A DNA stretch of 64,000 nucleotides from the NCBI GenBank assembly GCA_036744835.1, contig DAIOHD010000001.1:335860-399859 (forward strand). Direction: 5' to 3'. Source of the DNA: Candidatus Magasanikiibacteriota bacterium. Its GTDB lineage: Bacteria > Patescibacteriota > Patescibacteriia > Magasanikbacterales > GWA2-37-8. Below the pieces are notes generated by a model. The model did not search any database. It worked only from the letters and a program-made list of their open reading frames with translations, and was not told the origin of the DNA. This document shows, one piece after another, positions 9,344 to 17,876 of this stretch. Each line of letters opens with the position of its first letter. The stretch's first letter is position 1. The position numbers were made by a program, and so were the translations under genes.

Positions 9344-11314
9344 ATGCTTAAAGTTTATCCCAATTTAACAAAAAAATCAATTGTGGCCTTTTTATTGGTC
9401 TGTTTTTTATTGAATTATGTAGATGTTGTCAGAGCATTAGAGCCAAACGATATTTTTTATGAAAAACAAGCAAAAATATTTAAGCAAATAAATGCTTTGG
9501 AAGCTTGGAATTTAACTACTGGAAATCGTAGAATAGTGGTAGCGGTAATTGATATCGGAGTAGATACTTGGCATCCTGATCTAGATAAAAATATTTGGGT
9601 AAATCAGAATGAAATAGAAGAAAACAATTTAGATGATGATGGCAATGGATATATAGATGATATTTCAGGGTGGAATTTTGTTGAAGAAAATAATGATCCG
9701 CGAGTAAGTGTTTTTGATAAAAATATGGACAAAGAAGCAATTTCTCATGGAACGATTGTGGCTGGTATTATCGGAGCAATAGGCAATAACAAAAAAGGTG
9801 CTGCGGGTTTAAATTTTGAAGTTAGTATAATGCCACTTAGAGCCATAGATAATAAAGGAACCGGAAGTTATAATAATATTGCCAGAGCTATAAATTATGC
9901 GGTAGAAAATGGCGCTCATATTATTAATCTGAGCTTTGTTGGACAAGAGGAAGATCCGGGTTTAAAAGAAGTACTTTTTAATGCTTACAAAAGAGGAGTT
10001 TTTATAGTGGCGGCTGCTGGGAATTTGGGTTATTTAACAAGTGAAAAAAGTCAAATTAATTACCCCGTTTGCTATGACAAGGAAGAACAAAATTGGATTA
10101 TGGGGGTTTCAGCGGTCGACAATAAAGACGGTTTTAGTTATTTTTCCAACTATGGCCCTTGTGTGGATATTTTAGCTCCCGGAGAAGGTATTTACGGTTT
10201 ACAGAGATATTCTCCTCAATATGGTTTTTATGAAGAATTTGGCGGGCCTTGGCAAGGAACCTCTTTTGCGACTGCTTTTGTTTCCGGGGCAGCAGCATTA
10301 ATCAAGAGCTTGCATCCGGAATGGACTCCGACGCAAATCAGTGATAATCTTGTTCAAACCGCCGATGATTTATTTTTTGATATAAATAATTCTGGGACAC
10401 ATTTGTATAAAAGATTAAACGTTGGCAAAGCTGTCGAAGTGGCTTACAAATCAAAAGTTAGTTTGGATAATTTAGATGGTTTTTATTTTTATCGTAATGG
10501 TAAAAATAATAACGCAGAAATTTTTTATCATTTTTTGGGAAGTGTTATTTCCAATTCAGTACTGAAGCTTCAGGGGCAAATAATGGCACTTTCTTCGCTT
10601 GATATCAATAATGACGGTAAAAGAGAATTCGTTGTAATTTTGAAAAATAAAGAAAAATATTCATTACAGGTTTATACGGATAGAGGAGTTTTGGCACGAG
10701 ATTTTAACCTGGTCAAACAAGGAAAGATCGATTATGAATTCAACGGAATAAAATTTGATGTTGATGCTAATAAACAGATAAATTTTGTACTAAGTCAATA
10801 TTATCCGAAACAAAAATTGACAAAATTTATTAAATATAATTGGCATGGAAAAAGTATGAATGAGTTTGGTGTTTTTGGTCAAGTCCCCGGTTGGGAAGTA
10901 AATAATTTCTTTGTTTATATAACTGCTTTTGAAAAAGGGGGGTTAAAAATCAAAGAGATAGACTGGGGAGGCAATATTATAGAGGAAATGAATTTTCCTA
11001 ATTTAAAGTCATTGGACTCTTTTCGTGTAGGTCATGTGGATAATTTAAAGAGTGACCAGGTGGTTTTTATAGCTCGTAATCAGAACAATATCTATCAATA
11101 TACGGTTGATTGGAATAGTCAAAGTTTTTATAAGGAATACGTAGACAAAAAAGCCGGTAAATGGTATCTTTTGCTGGGTAAATATCAAGATAGTTTATTG
11201 CATAATATATTTCGTTTTGATTTGGGTGGGGGAAACTATTTAATCAAAAATAATCAAGGAAAAAATTTAAAAAACTATACTTTGCCGAAAATTATCGGCA
11301 CGGTTGAAAAATAA
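9344..11314 (+). CDS. Secreted S8 (subtilisin-like) serine peptidase with long C-terminal extension
   Basis: Catalytic triad motifs VAVIDIGVDTWHPDL (Asp), SHGTIVAGIIGA (His) and GTSFATAFVSGAAAL (Ser). Signal-peptide-like MLKVYPNLTKKSIVAFLLVCFLL starts at ATG 9344. The tool's 9272 start overlaps the divergent gene. Confidence 0.85.
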   Translation: MLKVYPNLTKKSIVAFLLVCFLLNYVDVVRALEPNDIFYEKQAKIFKQINALEAWNLTTGNRRIVVAVIDIGVDTWHPDLDKNIWVNQNEIEENNLDDDGNGYIDDISGWNFVEENNDPRVSVFDKNMDKEAISHGTIVAGIIGAIGNNKKGAAGLNFEVSIMPLRAIDNKGTGSYNNIARAINYAVENGAHIINLSFVGQEEDPGLKEVLFNAYKRGVFIVAAAGNLGYLTSEKSQINYPVCYDKEEQNWIMGVSAVDNKDGFSYFSNYGPCVDILAPGEGIYGLQRYSPQYGFYEEFGGPWQGTSFATAFVSGAAALIKSLHPEWTPTQISDNLVQTADDLFFDINNSGTHLYKRLNVGKAVEVAYKSKVSLDNLDGFYFYRNGKNNNAEIFYHFLGSVISNSVLKLQGQIMALSSLDINNDGKREFVVILKNKEKYSLQVYTDRGVLARDFNLVKQGKIDYEFNGIKFDVDANKQINFVLSQYYPKQKLTKFIKYNWHGKSMNEFGVFGQVPGWEVNNFFVYITAFEKGGLKIKEIDWGGNIIEEMNFPNLKSLDSFRVGHVDNLKSDQVVFIARNQNNIYQYTVDWNSQSFYKEYVDKKAGKWYLLLGKYQDSLLHNIFRFDLGGGNYLIKNNQGKNLKNYTLPKIIGTVEK

Positions 11315-11327
11315 TATATTTTAAAAT

Positions 11328-12350
11328 ATGGAAAATGTAATTTTTGAAAAGAAAAATATTTTAGTGACTGGAGGGGCGGGTTTTATAGGATCTCATTTGT
11401 GTGAACGATTGCTCAAAGAGGGGAATGTAATTTGTTTGGATGATTTTAGTAATTCTGATCCGCAAAATATAAACCATCTCTTACAATATCCAGATTTTGA
11501 ATTTATCAATTACGATGTAAATAAACCGATAAATTTGGAAGATTTTGATGAATTGAATAAATTTAAAGTTAAATTTCAAGGGATTCAAGAAGTTTACCAT
11601 TTGGCTTGCCCAACCAGTCCAAAAGATTTTGAAGATTTTAAAATTAACTCTTTACAAGCTAATTCCGCTGCAGTTATAAATACTTTAGAGCTAGCTTTGA
11701 AATATCGCGCTAAATATGTTTTTGCGGGTAGTTCGGTGGTTTATGGAGACGCCACAGATAATAAAAATGTTTTTAAAGAAACAGATTTGGGAACAGTAAA
11801 TCAATTATCACCTCGTGCTTGTTATGATGAAGGAAAACGTTTTGCGGAAACCTGTGTCCAAACGTATCGCGATTTTCATGGCTTGGATGCTAAAATAGCC
11901 AGAATTTTTACCGCCTATGGTCCCAAAATGCGTCTTTTCCAAGGTTTACTTATTCCTGATTTTGTTATTAATGCTTTGGATAATAAAGATGTGGTGATTT
12001 ATGGAGATAAAACACTTTTAACTTCACTTTGTTATGTTTCCGATATTATCAGCGGGTTGTGTGATTTGATGTCAGCCGATCCAGGAGTAAATGTTATTAA
12101 TTTAGGAAGTGACGAAGTTTATTCTTTTACGGACATAGCGCAGATGATTATAAAAATGACCGGTTCCAAATCAAAAATAGTATATGACAATCCATTATTA
12201 TTTTTGACTCGAAAAGGTGCTCCAGATTTACAATATGTTAAAAAAACTTTAGGCTGGATGCCGTTGGTACGTCTTGAAGATGGTTTAGAAAAAACTATCG
12301 AATATGTAGCTGCCAATAAAGAAGCTTTGCTCTACAATAATAATAAATAA
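11328..12350 (+). CDS. NAD-dependent epimerase/dehydratase (UDP-glucuronate decarboxylase / UDP-xylose-synthase-like SDR)
   Basis: ILVTGGAGFIGSHLCERLL Rossmann motif; YxxxK-type extended SDR. Confidence 0.75.
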   Translation: MENVIFEKKNILVTGGAGFIGSHLCERLLKEGNVICLDDFSNSDPQNINHLLQYPDFEFINYDVNKPINLEDFDELNKFKVKFQGIQEVYHLACPTSPKDFEDFKINSLQANSAAVINTLELALKYRAKYVFAGSSVVYGDATDNKNVFKETDLGTVNQLSPRACYDEGKRFAETCVQTYRDFHGLDAKIARIFTAYGPKMRLFQGLLIPDFVINALDNKDVVIYGDKTLLTSLCYVSDIISGLCDLMSADPGVNVINLGSDEVYSFTDIAQMIIKMTGSKSKIVYDNPLLFLTRKGAPDLQYVKKTLGWMPLVRLEDGLEKTIEYVAANKEALLYNNNK

Positions 12351-12352
12351 TT

Positions 12353-13015
12353 ATGGTTTGGATCGTTATCCCGGCTTTTAATGAAGAAAAAAATATTACC
12401 GCAACCGTGCAGGGTCTTTTGGCACAAGGTTATGAAAACGTAGTGGTAGTAGATGACGGTTCTTTTGATAATACTTTTGAATCAGCTCAAAAAACCGGCG
12501 TGCATGTCTTGCAGCACGCGATTAATCGTGGGCAAGGAGCGGCGTTACAAACAGGCCACGATTATGTTTTGTTAAAAAATGCGGAAATAGTAGTTGATTT
12601 TGATGCAGATGGACAGTTTGATCCAAAAGATATTGCGTTTGCAATAGAAAAATTAAAAAAAGAAAAATTAGATGCGGTTTTGGGTTCTAGATTTTTAGAC
12701 AATCGTTCAAATTTACCTTTTACTAAAAAATATTTCATTTTACCTGTTGCCAAATTTGTTAATAGATTTTTTACTGGTATAAAATTAACGGATGTTCATA
12801 ACGGGTTTCGTATTTTTACTCGTCAAGCTTTGGAAAAAATTGAAATTACCCAAGATAAAATGGCCCATAATACTGAAATTGTGGCTCAAATCAAAAAAAA
12901 CAAACTTCGTTTTGTTGAAGTTCCGGTAAAAGTTTTTTATGCGGACTATGGGCAAAGTTGGTATGGAGGTATAGAAATAGTCAAGGATTTGTTTGTTAAT
13001 TTTTTTATAAAATAA
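12353..13015 (+). CDS. Glycosyltransferase family 2 (polyprenol-phosphate glycosyltransferase-like)
   Basis: MVWIVIPAFNEEKNI...VVVVDDGSFDNT...DADGQFDP, GT2 DxD architecture, 220 aa. Confidence 0.8.
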   Translation: MVWIVIPAFNEEKNITATVQGLLAQGYENVVVVDDGSFDNTFESAQKTGVHVLQHAINRGQGAALQTGHDYVLLKNAEIVVDFDADGQFDPKDIAFAIEKLKKEKLDAVLGSRFLDNRSNLPFTKKYFILPVAKFVNRFFTGIKLTDVHNGFRIFTRQALEKIEITQDKMAHNTEIVAQIKKNKLRFVEVPVKVFYADYGQSWYGGIEIVKDLFVNFFIK

Positions 13016-13019
13016 ATTT

Positions 13020-13355
13020 ATGATTTTTGCGCAAATAATTTTATTTTTTATCTTTATCTTTTTGTTTTTAAAAACCGCTTTAAGATGGAAGAAAAAAGAA
13101 TTGTCTCTGGGTGAAACTATCGGATGGTCTTTATTTTGGGTTTTCGGTCTTATTTTGACGATTAAACCAGACACTACATCATATTTTGCTAAAATTTTAG
13201 GGATTGGCAGAGGTGCTGATTTGGCTATTTATTCGGCATTGATGGTCTTGTTTTATTTGCATTTTGTTTTAACCGTTCGTTTAGAAAAAAACAGCCGAGA
13301 AATTACCCGTTTAACCAGAGAAAAAGCGTTAAAAGATAAAGAAAAAAGTTTATGA
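13020..13355 (+). CDS. Small 2-TM membrane protein (DUF2304-like, commonly paired with GT2)
   Basis: 111 aa, two hydrophobic helices. Immediately downstream of a GT2 and overlapping the next gene. Confidence 0.45.
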   Translation: MIFAQIILFFIFIFLFLKTALRWKKKELSLGETIGWSLFWVFGLILTIKPDTTSYFAKILGIGRGADLAIYSALMVLFYLHFVLTVRLEKNSREITRLTREKALKDKEKSL

Positions 13356-14470
13356 AGGTAGCGCACATAGTTTCTACTTTTTATCCGCATGTTGGCGGGA
13401 TGGGAGAAGTTTGTTTTTTGGAAACCGATAATTTGCGTGATCGAGGAGAATTGGATATCACCGTATTTACTCTACATTATCCAAAAACAGAATATCGTGA
13501 TGAACTTTTTCCTTTTACCGTCAAGCGTTTAAGGGCGGCTATCAAAATAGGCGATGCTGGATGGATGTGTTGTTTAAAAAATAAATTACAAGATTTTGAT
13601 ATTGTACATTTTCATTTTCCTTTTTATGGAGCGGAAAAATCAGTTATTGAAGCCAAAAAAGAGTATGGTTTTAAGCTGATAATTACTTATCATATGGACG
13701 CCCAAGTTAAGGGCTTTAAGAAAATTATTCAAAATGTTTTGGATTTTTTATATGGAAAAAAACTTTTTGAAATAGCGGATAAAATTATTTATATTGATGA
13801 AGAACGGTTTAAACATTTTAAATTTTTTAATGAAATTATAAAATTAAAATCTTTTTATTTACCCAATGCTGTAGAAACGGAAATTTTTAAACCACAAGAA
13901 AAAAATTATTCACAAGTTGGTTTGGATAAGTATAAGGGAAAAAAGATAATTTTGTTTGTTGGCAATCTTTTGCCGGTTAAAAATTTGGAAATACTCATAA
14001 AAGCTATGCCGGAAATACAAAAGGAATCTATTTTGTTGGTGATAGGTGGGGGTTATGCTGAAAAAAGATATAAAAAGATGGTAAAAGAAATGAATTTGAA
14101 TGATAGAGTTATTTTTTATGGTATAGAAAAAAATAAAGAAATTTTGGCACAAATTTACAATTTAGCTTCTGCGTTGGCTGTGCCTTCACATTATGAAACT
14201 TTTTCTCTTTCTGCATTGGAAGCTTTATCGTGTGGTATCCCGGTCATTGGAAACAATATTCCGGGAGTCCGCGGTAGAATAGCGCATGGCATTGACGGTA
14301 TCTTGTTGACAGAAAACACCAAAGAACAATGGGCTGATGCTATTAACAGTGTTTTACAATATAGTGAAGAACAAAGAAAAAATATCGCCAAAAGAGCTCG
14401 TCAAAAAGCTGTAGTAAATTATAGTGTGGAAACGCATATTAATAAATTGATCGGTTTTTATAAAGATTAA
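13352..14470 (+). CDS. Glycosyltransferase family 4
   Basis: MKVAHIVSTFYPHVGGMGE N-terminus; C-terminal LSALEALSCGIPVIGNNIPGVRG (GT4 E-x7-E region). Confidence 0.8.
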   Translation: MKVAHIVSTFYPHVGGMGEVCFLETDNLRDRGELDITVFTLHYPKTEYRDELFPFTVKRLRAAIKIGDAGWMCCLKNKLQDFDIVHFHFPFYGAEKSVIEAKKEYGFKLIITYHMDAQVKGFKKIIQNVLDFLYGKKLFEIADKIIYIDEERFKHFKFFNEIIKLKSFYLPNAVETEIFKPQEKNYSQVGLDKYKGKKIILFVGNLLPVKNLEILIKAMPEIQKESILLVIGGGYAEKRYKKMVKEMNLNDRVIFYGIEKNKEILAQIYNLASALAVPSHYETFSLSALEALSCGIPVIGNNIPGVRGRIAHGIDGILLTENTKEQWADAINSVLQYSEEQRKNIAKRARQKAVVNYSVETHINKLIGFYKD

Positions 14471-14474
14471 AAAT

Positions 14475-15296
14475 ATGCAATTTGATTATGAAAAAAATTT
14501 ATGGGGAAAAGAAGAAGCGACACTTTCTTTAGTTTCTCCGACTTATTTTCGTCTCAAAAAAGCTTTGCAGGTTTTGAAAAAAACTCCGATAGGAAAAAAT
14601 ATTTTGGATTTTGGTTGTGGGGCCGGTCGTTTTATTCGTGCTTTGCGTAATCGTCGTCCGGATCTACATGCTTATGGGTGTGATGTTAGTGTCTCAGCTA
14701 TTTCTTTGGCTCAACATAATGCCGATAATGTAAATTATGCTGTAAATAAAGTTGATGAGAGATTGCCTTATGAAAATGAATTTTTTTCCAATATTTTTAT
14801 TTTTGATGTATTGGAACATGTTTCTGATCCGCTTAGAACCTTGCTGGACCTAAACAGAATTTTAAAAAAAGAAGGAGTTCTATTTTTACAAGTTCCATGT
14901 GAAAAAGATTGGTTATCTCTGTGGTTTTGGTTTGATAAGTGGGGGTGGAAAAAAGATTTAACCAAAAAATTTGCCGGACATATTAGTTTTTTTTCACGCA
15001 AAGAATTAAAAAAGACGATTATGGAAGCCGGATTTAAAATAGAAAAAAAGTATTATTGCGATCATTTGCTCGGACAAAAAATAGGCATTTTAGCTTTTTA
15101 TCTCACCGCTTGGCAGGCTCGTAAGAAAAATTTATCTTTTTATAATAATGAAACTTGTATGAGTGAACTCAAAGAAAGTAGGGGAATGGGATGGTCTTTT
15201 TTAGGTAAGTTGATTAATTTTTTAATCAACTGTGAATCAGTATTGTTACAAAAAATACCATCAGCTAATGTTTTTTATATTTTGAAAAAATTATGA
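14475..15296 (+). CDS. Class I SAM-dependent methyltransferase
   Basis: ILDFGCGAGRF (motif I) and IFIFDVLEHVSDP. Confidence 0.75.
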   Translation: MQFDYEKNLWGKEEATLSLVSPTYFRLKKALQVLKKTPIGKNILDFGCGAGRFIRALRNRRPDLHAYGCDVSVSAISLAQHNADNVNYAVNKVDERLPYENEFFSNIFIFDVLEHVSDPLRTLLDLNRILKKEGVLFLQVPCEKDWLSLWFWFDKWGWKKDLTKKFAGHISFFSRKELKKTIMEAGFKIEKKYYCDHLLGQKIGILAFYLTAWQARKKNLSFYNNETCMSELKESRGMGWSFLGKLINFLINCESVLLQKIPSANVFYILKKL

Positions 15297-15934
15297 GGAT
15301 TTTACATATTGTTCCGGCGGCCTTTGAATATTTTGAAGTTATCAGAAAAGAAGCTTTTGATTTAGCTGATAGTTTGAATGCATTGGGTTTTGAAAGTGAA
15401 TTAATAACTTTGCAATACAGTCCTGTTAGTAGAAGATTTGAAAAAAAGGTAGCTGAAGAAACAAAAAAAAGAGTTAATTTTGAAAGAAATTATTCGGAAG
15501 ATGAGATTTTGGAAAAATTCAATCAACACGACATCATACATCTGCATATACCTTTTTTGGGGATGGGTAAAAAGATTTTAAAATTTAAAAAAAATAACCC
15601 ACAAAAGAAGTTTGTTATTACTTTGTATGAGAACTTGCCATATGTTGATTTTTTTACTATAATTATTTGGCTATACAATAGTTATTATGTAAAACGTTTG
15701 ATAAATTTGGCAGATTTTGTAGTGGCGGGAAGTGAACAGATTTTTCGTCGTAGTGGAGGTTTTTCTTACCTAAAAGATGAAAAAAAATTTGTTCCTCTAG
15801 ATAGCTTTGTTGAGTTTATATTAGAAAATAATTTTGATTTGACAAAAAAAATAAATAATTTAAAATTAAATAAATCAAATATCCATACGGCTGTCGCGTA
15901 TGGTGAACTTTACCGCTTACTTGGCGGAGAATAA
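15293..15934 (+). CDS. GT4 N-terminal-domain-like protein lacking the catalytic C-terminal half
   Basis: MRILHIVPAAF...HDIIHLHIPFLG parallels MKVAHIVSTFYP...FDIVHFHFPFYG of the GT4 at 13352. It is only 213 aa and has no E-x7-E region. Confidence 0.5.
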   Translation: MRILHIVPAAFEYFEVIRKEAFDLADSLNALGFESELITLQYSPVSRRFEKKVAEETKKRVNFERNYSEDEILEKFNQHDIIHLHIPFLGMGKKILKFKKNNPQKKFVITLYENLPYVDFFTIIIWLYNSYYVKRLINLADFVVAGSEQIFRRSGGFSYLKDEKKFVPLDSFVEFILENNFDLTKKINNLKLNKSNIHTAVAYGELYRLLGGE

Positions 15935-15949
15935 TCAATCTAATTTATT

Positions 15950-16780
15950 ATGGAAAACAGCAAAAATTTTTTTGAAATGCTTAGTCCTAAAACTGCAATT
16001 TTGACCGGTGTTTTAGCGGGTTTAGGAATTTTGGGTGTTTTGATAAGTCTGGTTTTTGGGGTTATGATTGTGCAGGGAAAAATCGTTTATGTTAAAAATC
16101 CTGTTAAAAAAACAACCGTTCAAACAGTTGTTACCGGAGAAGATCTAGCTCCTACGGTTGCCGCAAAAGCAGATAAACCCACAGTAGATCTTTTTGTAAT
16201 GTCTTATTGTCCTTATGGTTTGCAGATGCAAAAAGCAGTTTTACCGGTCATGGAATTATTTAAGGATAAAATTGATCTAAAGATGCGCTTTGTTTCTTAT
16301 ATAATGCATGATAAAATAGAAATAGATGAGAACAATTTGCAATATTGTTTACAAGAAGAGCAAAATGATAAGTTAGTTGCTTATTTAAAATGCTTTAGCG
16401 TTAGCGGAGATTCCAAAAGTTGCTTGAAAACAGCCAAGGTTAATGAAAGTAAATTAAATAGCTGTATTAGTGCTACGGATAAAAAATTTGGTACTACCGT
16501 TGCTTATAATGACAAGGCTAGTTGGTTGTCCGGTCGATATCCTTTGTATCCAGTTGATCAAGATTTAAATGATTTATATGGTGTTCAGGGTTCGCCCACA
16601 ATAGTTATCAATGGTTCTCAAACTCAAGTTTCTCGATCCCCAGAAGCTGTTAAGCTTGCTATTTGTGCTGCATTTAATAACCCGCCAAAAGAATGCGAAG
16701 AAACTTTAAGTACTCTTTCTGCTTCTCCTAGTTTTGGCGCCGGAACCGGAACTGACACAGCGGTTGAGTGTGGAACTTAA
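15950..16780 (+). CDS. Membrane-anchored thioredoxin-fold (DsbA-like) thiol-disulfide oxidoreductase
   Basis: N-terminal TM (ILTGVLAGLGILGVLISLVFGVMIV), then FVMSYCPYGLQMQ (CxxC active site) in a DsbA-like context. Confidence 0.6.
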   Translation: MENSKNFFEMLSPKTAILTGVLAGLGILGVLISLVFGVMIVQGKIVYVKNPVKKTTVQTVVTGEDLAPTVAAKADKPTVDLFVMSYCPYGLQMQKAVLPVMELFKDKIDLKMRFVSYIMHDKIEIDENNLQYCLQEEQNDKLVAYLKCFSVSGDSKSCLKTAKVNESKLNSCISATDKKFGTTVAYNDKASWLSGRYPLYPVDQDLNDLYGVQGSPTIVINGSQTQVSRSPEAVKLAICAAFNNPPKECEETLSTLSASPSFGAGTGTDTAVECGT

Positions 16781-16784
16781 TAGG

Positions 16785-16818
16785 ATACGAAATACGAAAC
16801 GATACGAAATTACGAAAT
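16785..16818. repeat. Short tandem repeat (A)TACGAAA x4
   Basis: gatacgaaatacgaaacgatacgaaattacgaaattt read directly. Confidence 0.7.
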
Positions 16819-16893
16819 TTAAAATTAATATTTAATAATTGAATATTAATTAAAAATTGTAAAATTAAAAATTAAAAATTTAATTTAAATTAT

Positions 16894-17208
16894 ATGGGAA
16901 ATTTCAAAAAAGGTTTATTTTTCGGTGGATTGCTTGGTGCCGGACTCATGTGGCTCAACGTTACCCCAAAAGGTAGAGAAATGCGCGCTAAGCTCATGGC
17001 TTATGCCGAACCGATGTATAATGAACTCAAAGAAAACATCAAGACATTAGAAGGCCCAACCAAAGAAATGTACGAAGCTTTGGTAGAGAGAGCTACTGAA
17101 GAATTGGCAGCCAAAAAAGAAATGGCTATGGAGATGAAAATGATGTTGATTAAAGAACTGAAGAAAAGATGGGGGAAATTGGAGAAAGAACTAAAGAAAA
17201 GCAAGTAA
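16894..17208 (+). CDS. YtxH-like small membrane-associated protein
   Basis: MGNFKKGLFFGGLLGAGLMWLNVTPKGREMRAKL matches the YtxH (DUF948) N-terminal glycine-zipper + PKSG(K/R)E motif. Coiled-coil tail. Confidence 0.6.
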   Translation: MGNFKKGLFFGGLLGAGLMWLNVTPKGREMRAKLMAYAEPMYNELKENIKTLEGPTKEMYEALVERATEELAAKKEMAMEMKMMLIKELKKRWGKLEKELKKSK

Positions 17209-17232
17209 GCTGGTAAGCTAGTAAGTAAAAAA

Positions 17233-17259
17233 CCGCCTTTTGGGCGGTTTTTTGATTTG
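17233..17259 (+). terminator. Intrinsic terminator
   Basis: aaaaaccgcc-tttt-gggcggttttttg. Confidence 0.75.
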
Positions 17260-17295
17260 TGGTTTGGCTAATGTTAGCTACAAAAATGGAACCTT

Positions 17296-17379
17296 GTCAC
17301 GCTGAGCGTGACTATAACCCCGGACTTATCTTCGCGGGCCACGCTAAGCGTGGCTTTACCGGCGCTCAGCGCCGGGGTT
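17296..17379. repeat. GC-rich nested-hairpin intergenic element (E1)
   Basis: gtcacgc-tga-gcgtgac, then an outer stem aaccccgg...ccggggtt enclosing ggccacgc-taa-gcgtggc and cggcgc-tca-gcgccg. Abuts the -35 box. Confidence 0.6.
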
Positions 17380-17406
17380 GACAAAAGTGCTAAAATGTGC
17401 TATAAT
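17378..17406 (+). promoter_or_regulatory. Sigma-70-type promoter (TTGACA-17-TGcTATAAT)
   Basis: ttgaca 17378-83, 17-nt spacer aaagtgctaaaatgtgc, tataat 17401-06 with extended-10 TG. Confidence 0.7.
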
Positions 17407-17444
17407 ATCCTGTTGGATACCTTTAACTTTATAAGGAGGAAGCC

Positions 17445-17624
17445 ATGGAAAGGTTGTCGGTTTATATTGCTATTGTCATTTTCAACATCGTTGTAGGAGG
17501 AGTACAGTATCTTTGTTTTGAGGCAGATGTAAAGCGTATCGTTGTTATAGCGCTAATAAGTCTTGTCTCTGGTATTGGAGCGACGGCTTTTTACTACAAA
17601 ACAACGACGGGCAAAGTGATGTAG
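17445..17624 (+). CDS. 59-aa two-TM hydrophobic peptide (unlisted small ORF) with perfect SD
   Basis: AGGAGG at 17434-39, 5 nt before ATG 17445. Translated codon by codon: MERLSVYIAIVIFNIVVGGVQYLCFEADVKRIVVIALISLVSGIGATAFYYKTTTGKVM*. Driven by the consensus promoter above. Confidence 0.55.
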   Translation: MERLSVYIAIVIFNIVVGGVQYLCFEADVKRIVVIALISLVSGIGATAFYYKTTTGKVM

Positions 17625-17876
17625 AAAAAGACAAGGTAAGGTTCACAGCAGTTTTGAACTACTGCTTAAACAAAAGGTTCTTTTTTTATCCAAAAACAAA
17701 AATTCGTTCTCTCAGACGAATATTTTAAAATTACAAATTCAAAATTTCAAATTCCAAATAAATTACAATAAGCAATTTCAAAATTCAAAACGTTTTATGA
17801 GTTTGGATCTGTAATTTGAGATTTATTTGGAGCTTATAATTTTGAGTTTGTGATTTATATTCTAAAATCTAAAATC

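Noticed and set aside
16781-16893. Possible CRISPR-like repeats (TACGAAA units; AAAATTAAAAATTAAAAATT)
   Set aside because: Units are 7-8 nt with no spacers of unique sequence; simple tandem repeats, not a CRISPR array. No cas genes in the window.
17308-17496. ORF 17308..17496 (+), 62 aa
   Set aside because: Spans the GC-rich hairpin element and the promoter boxes. The real coding unit is the SD-preceded 59-aa ORF at 17445 in another frame.
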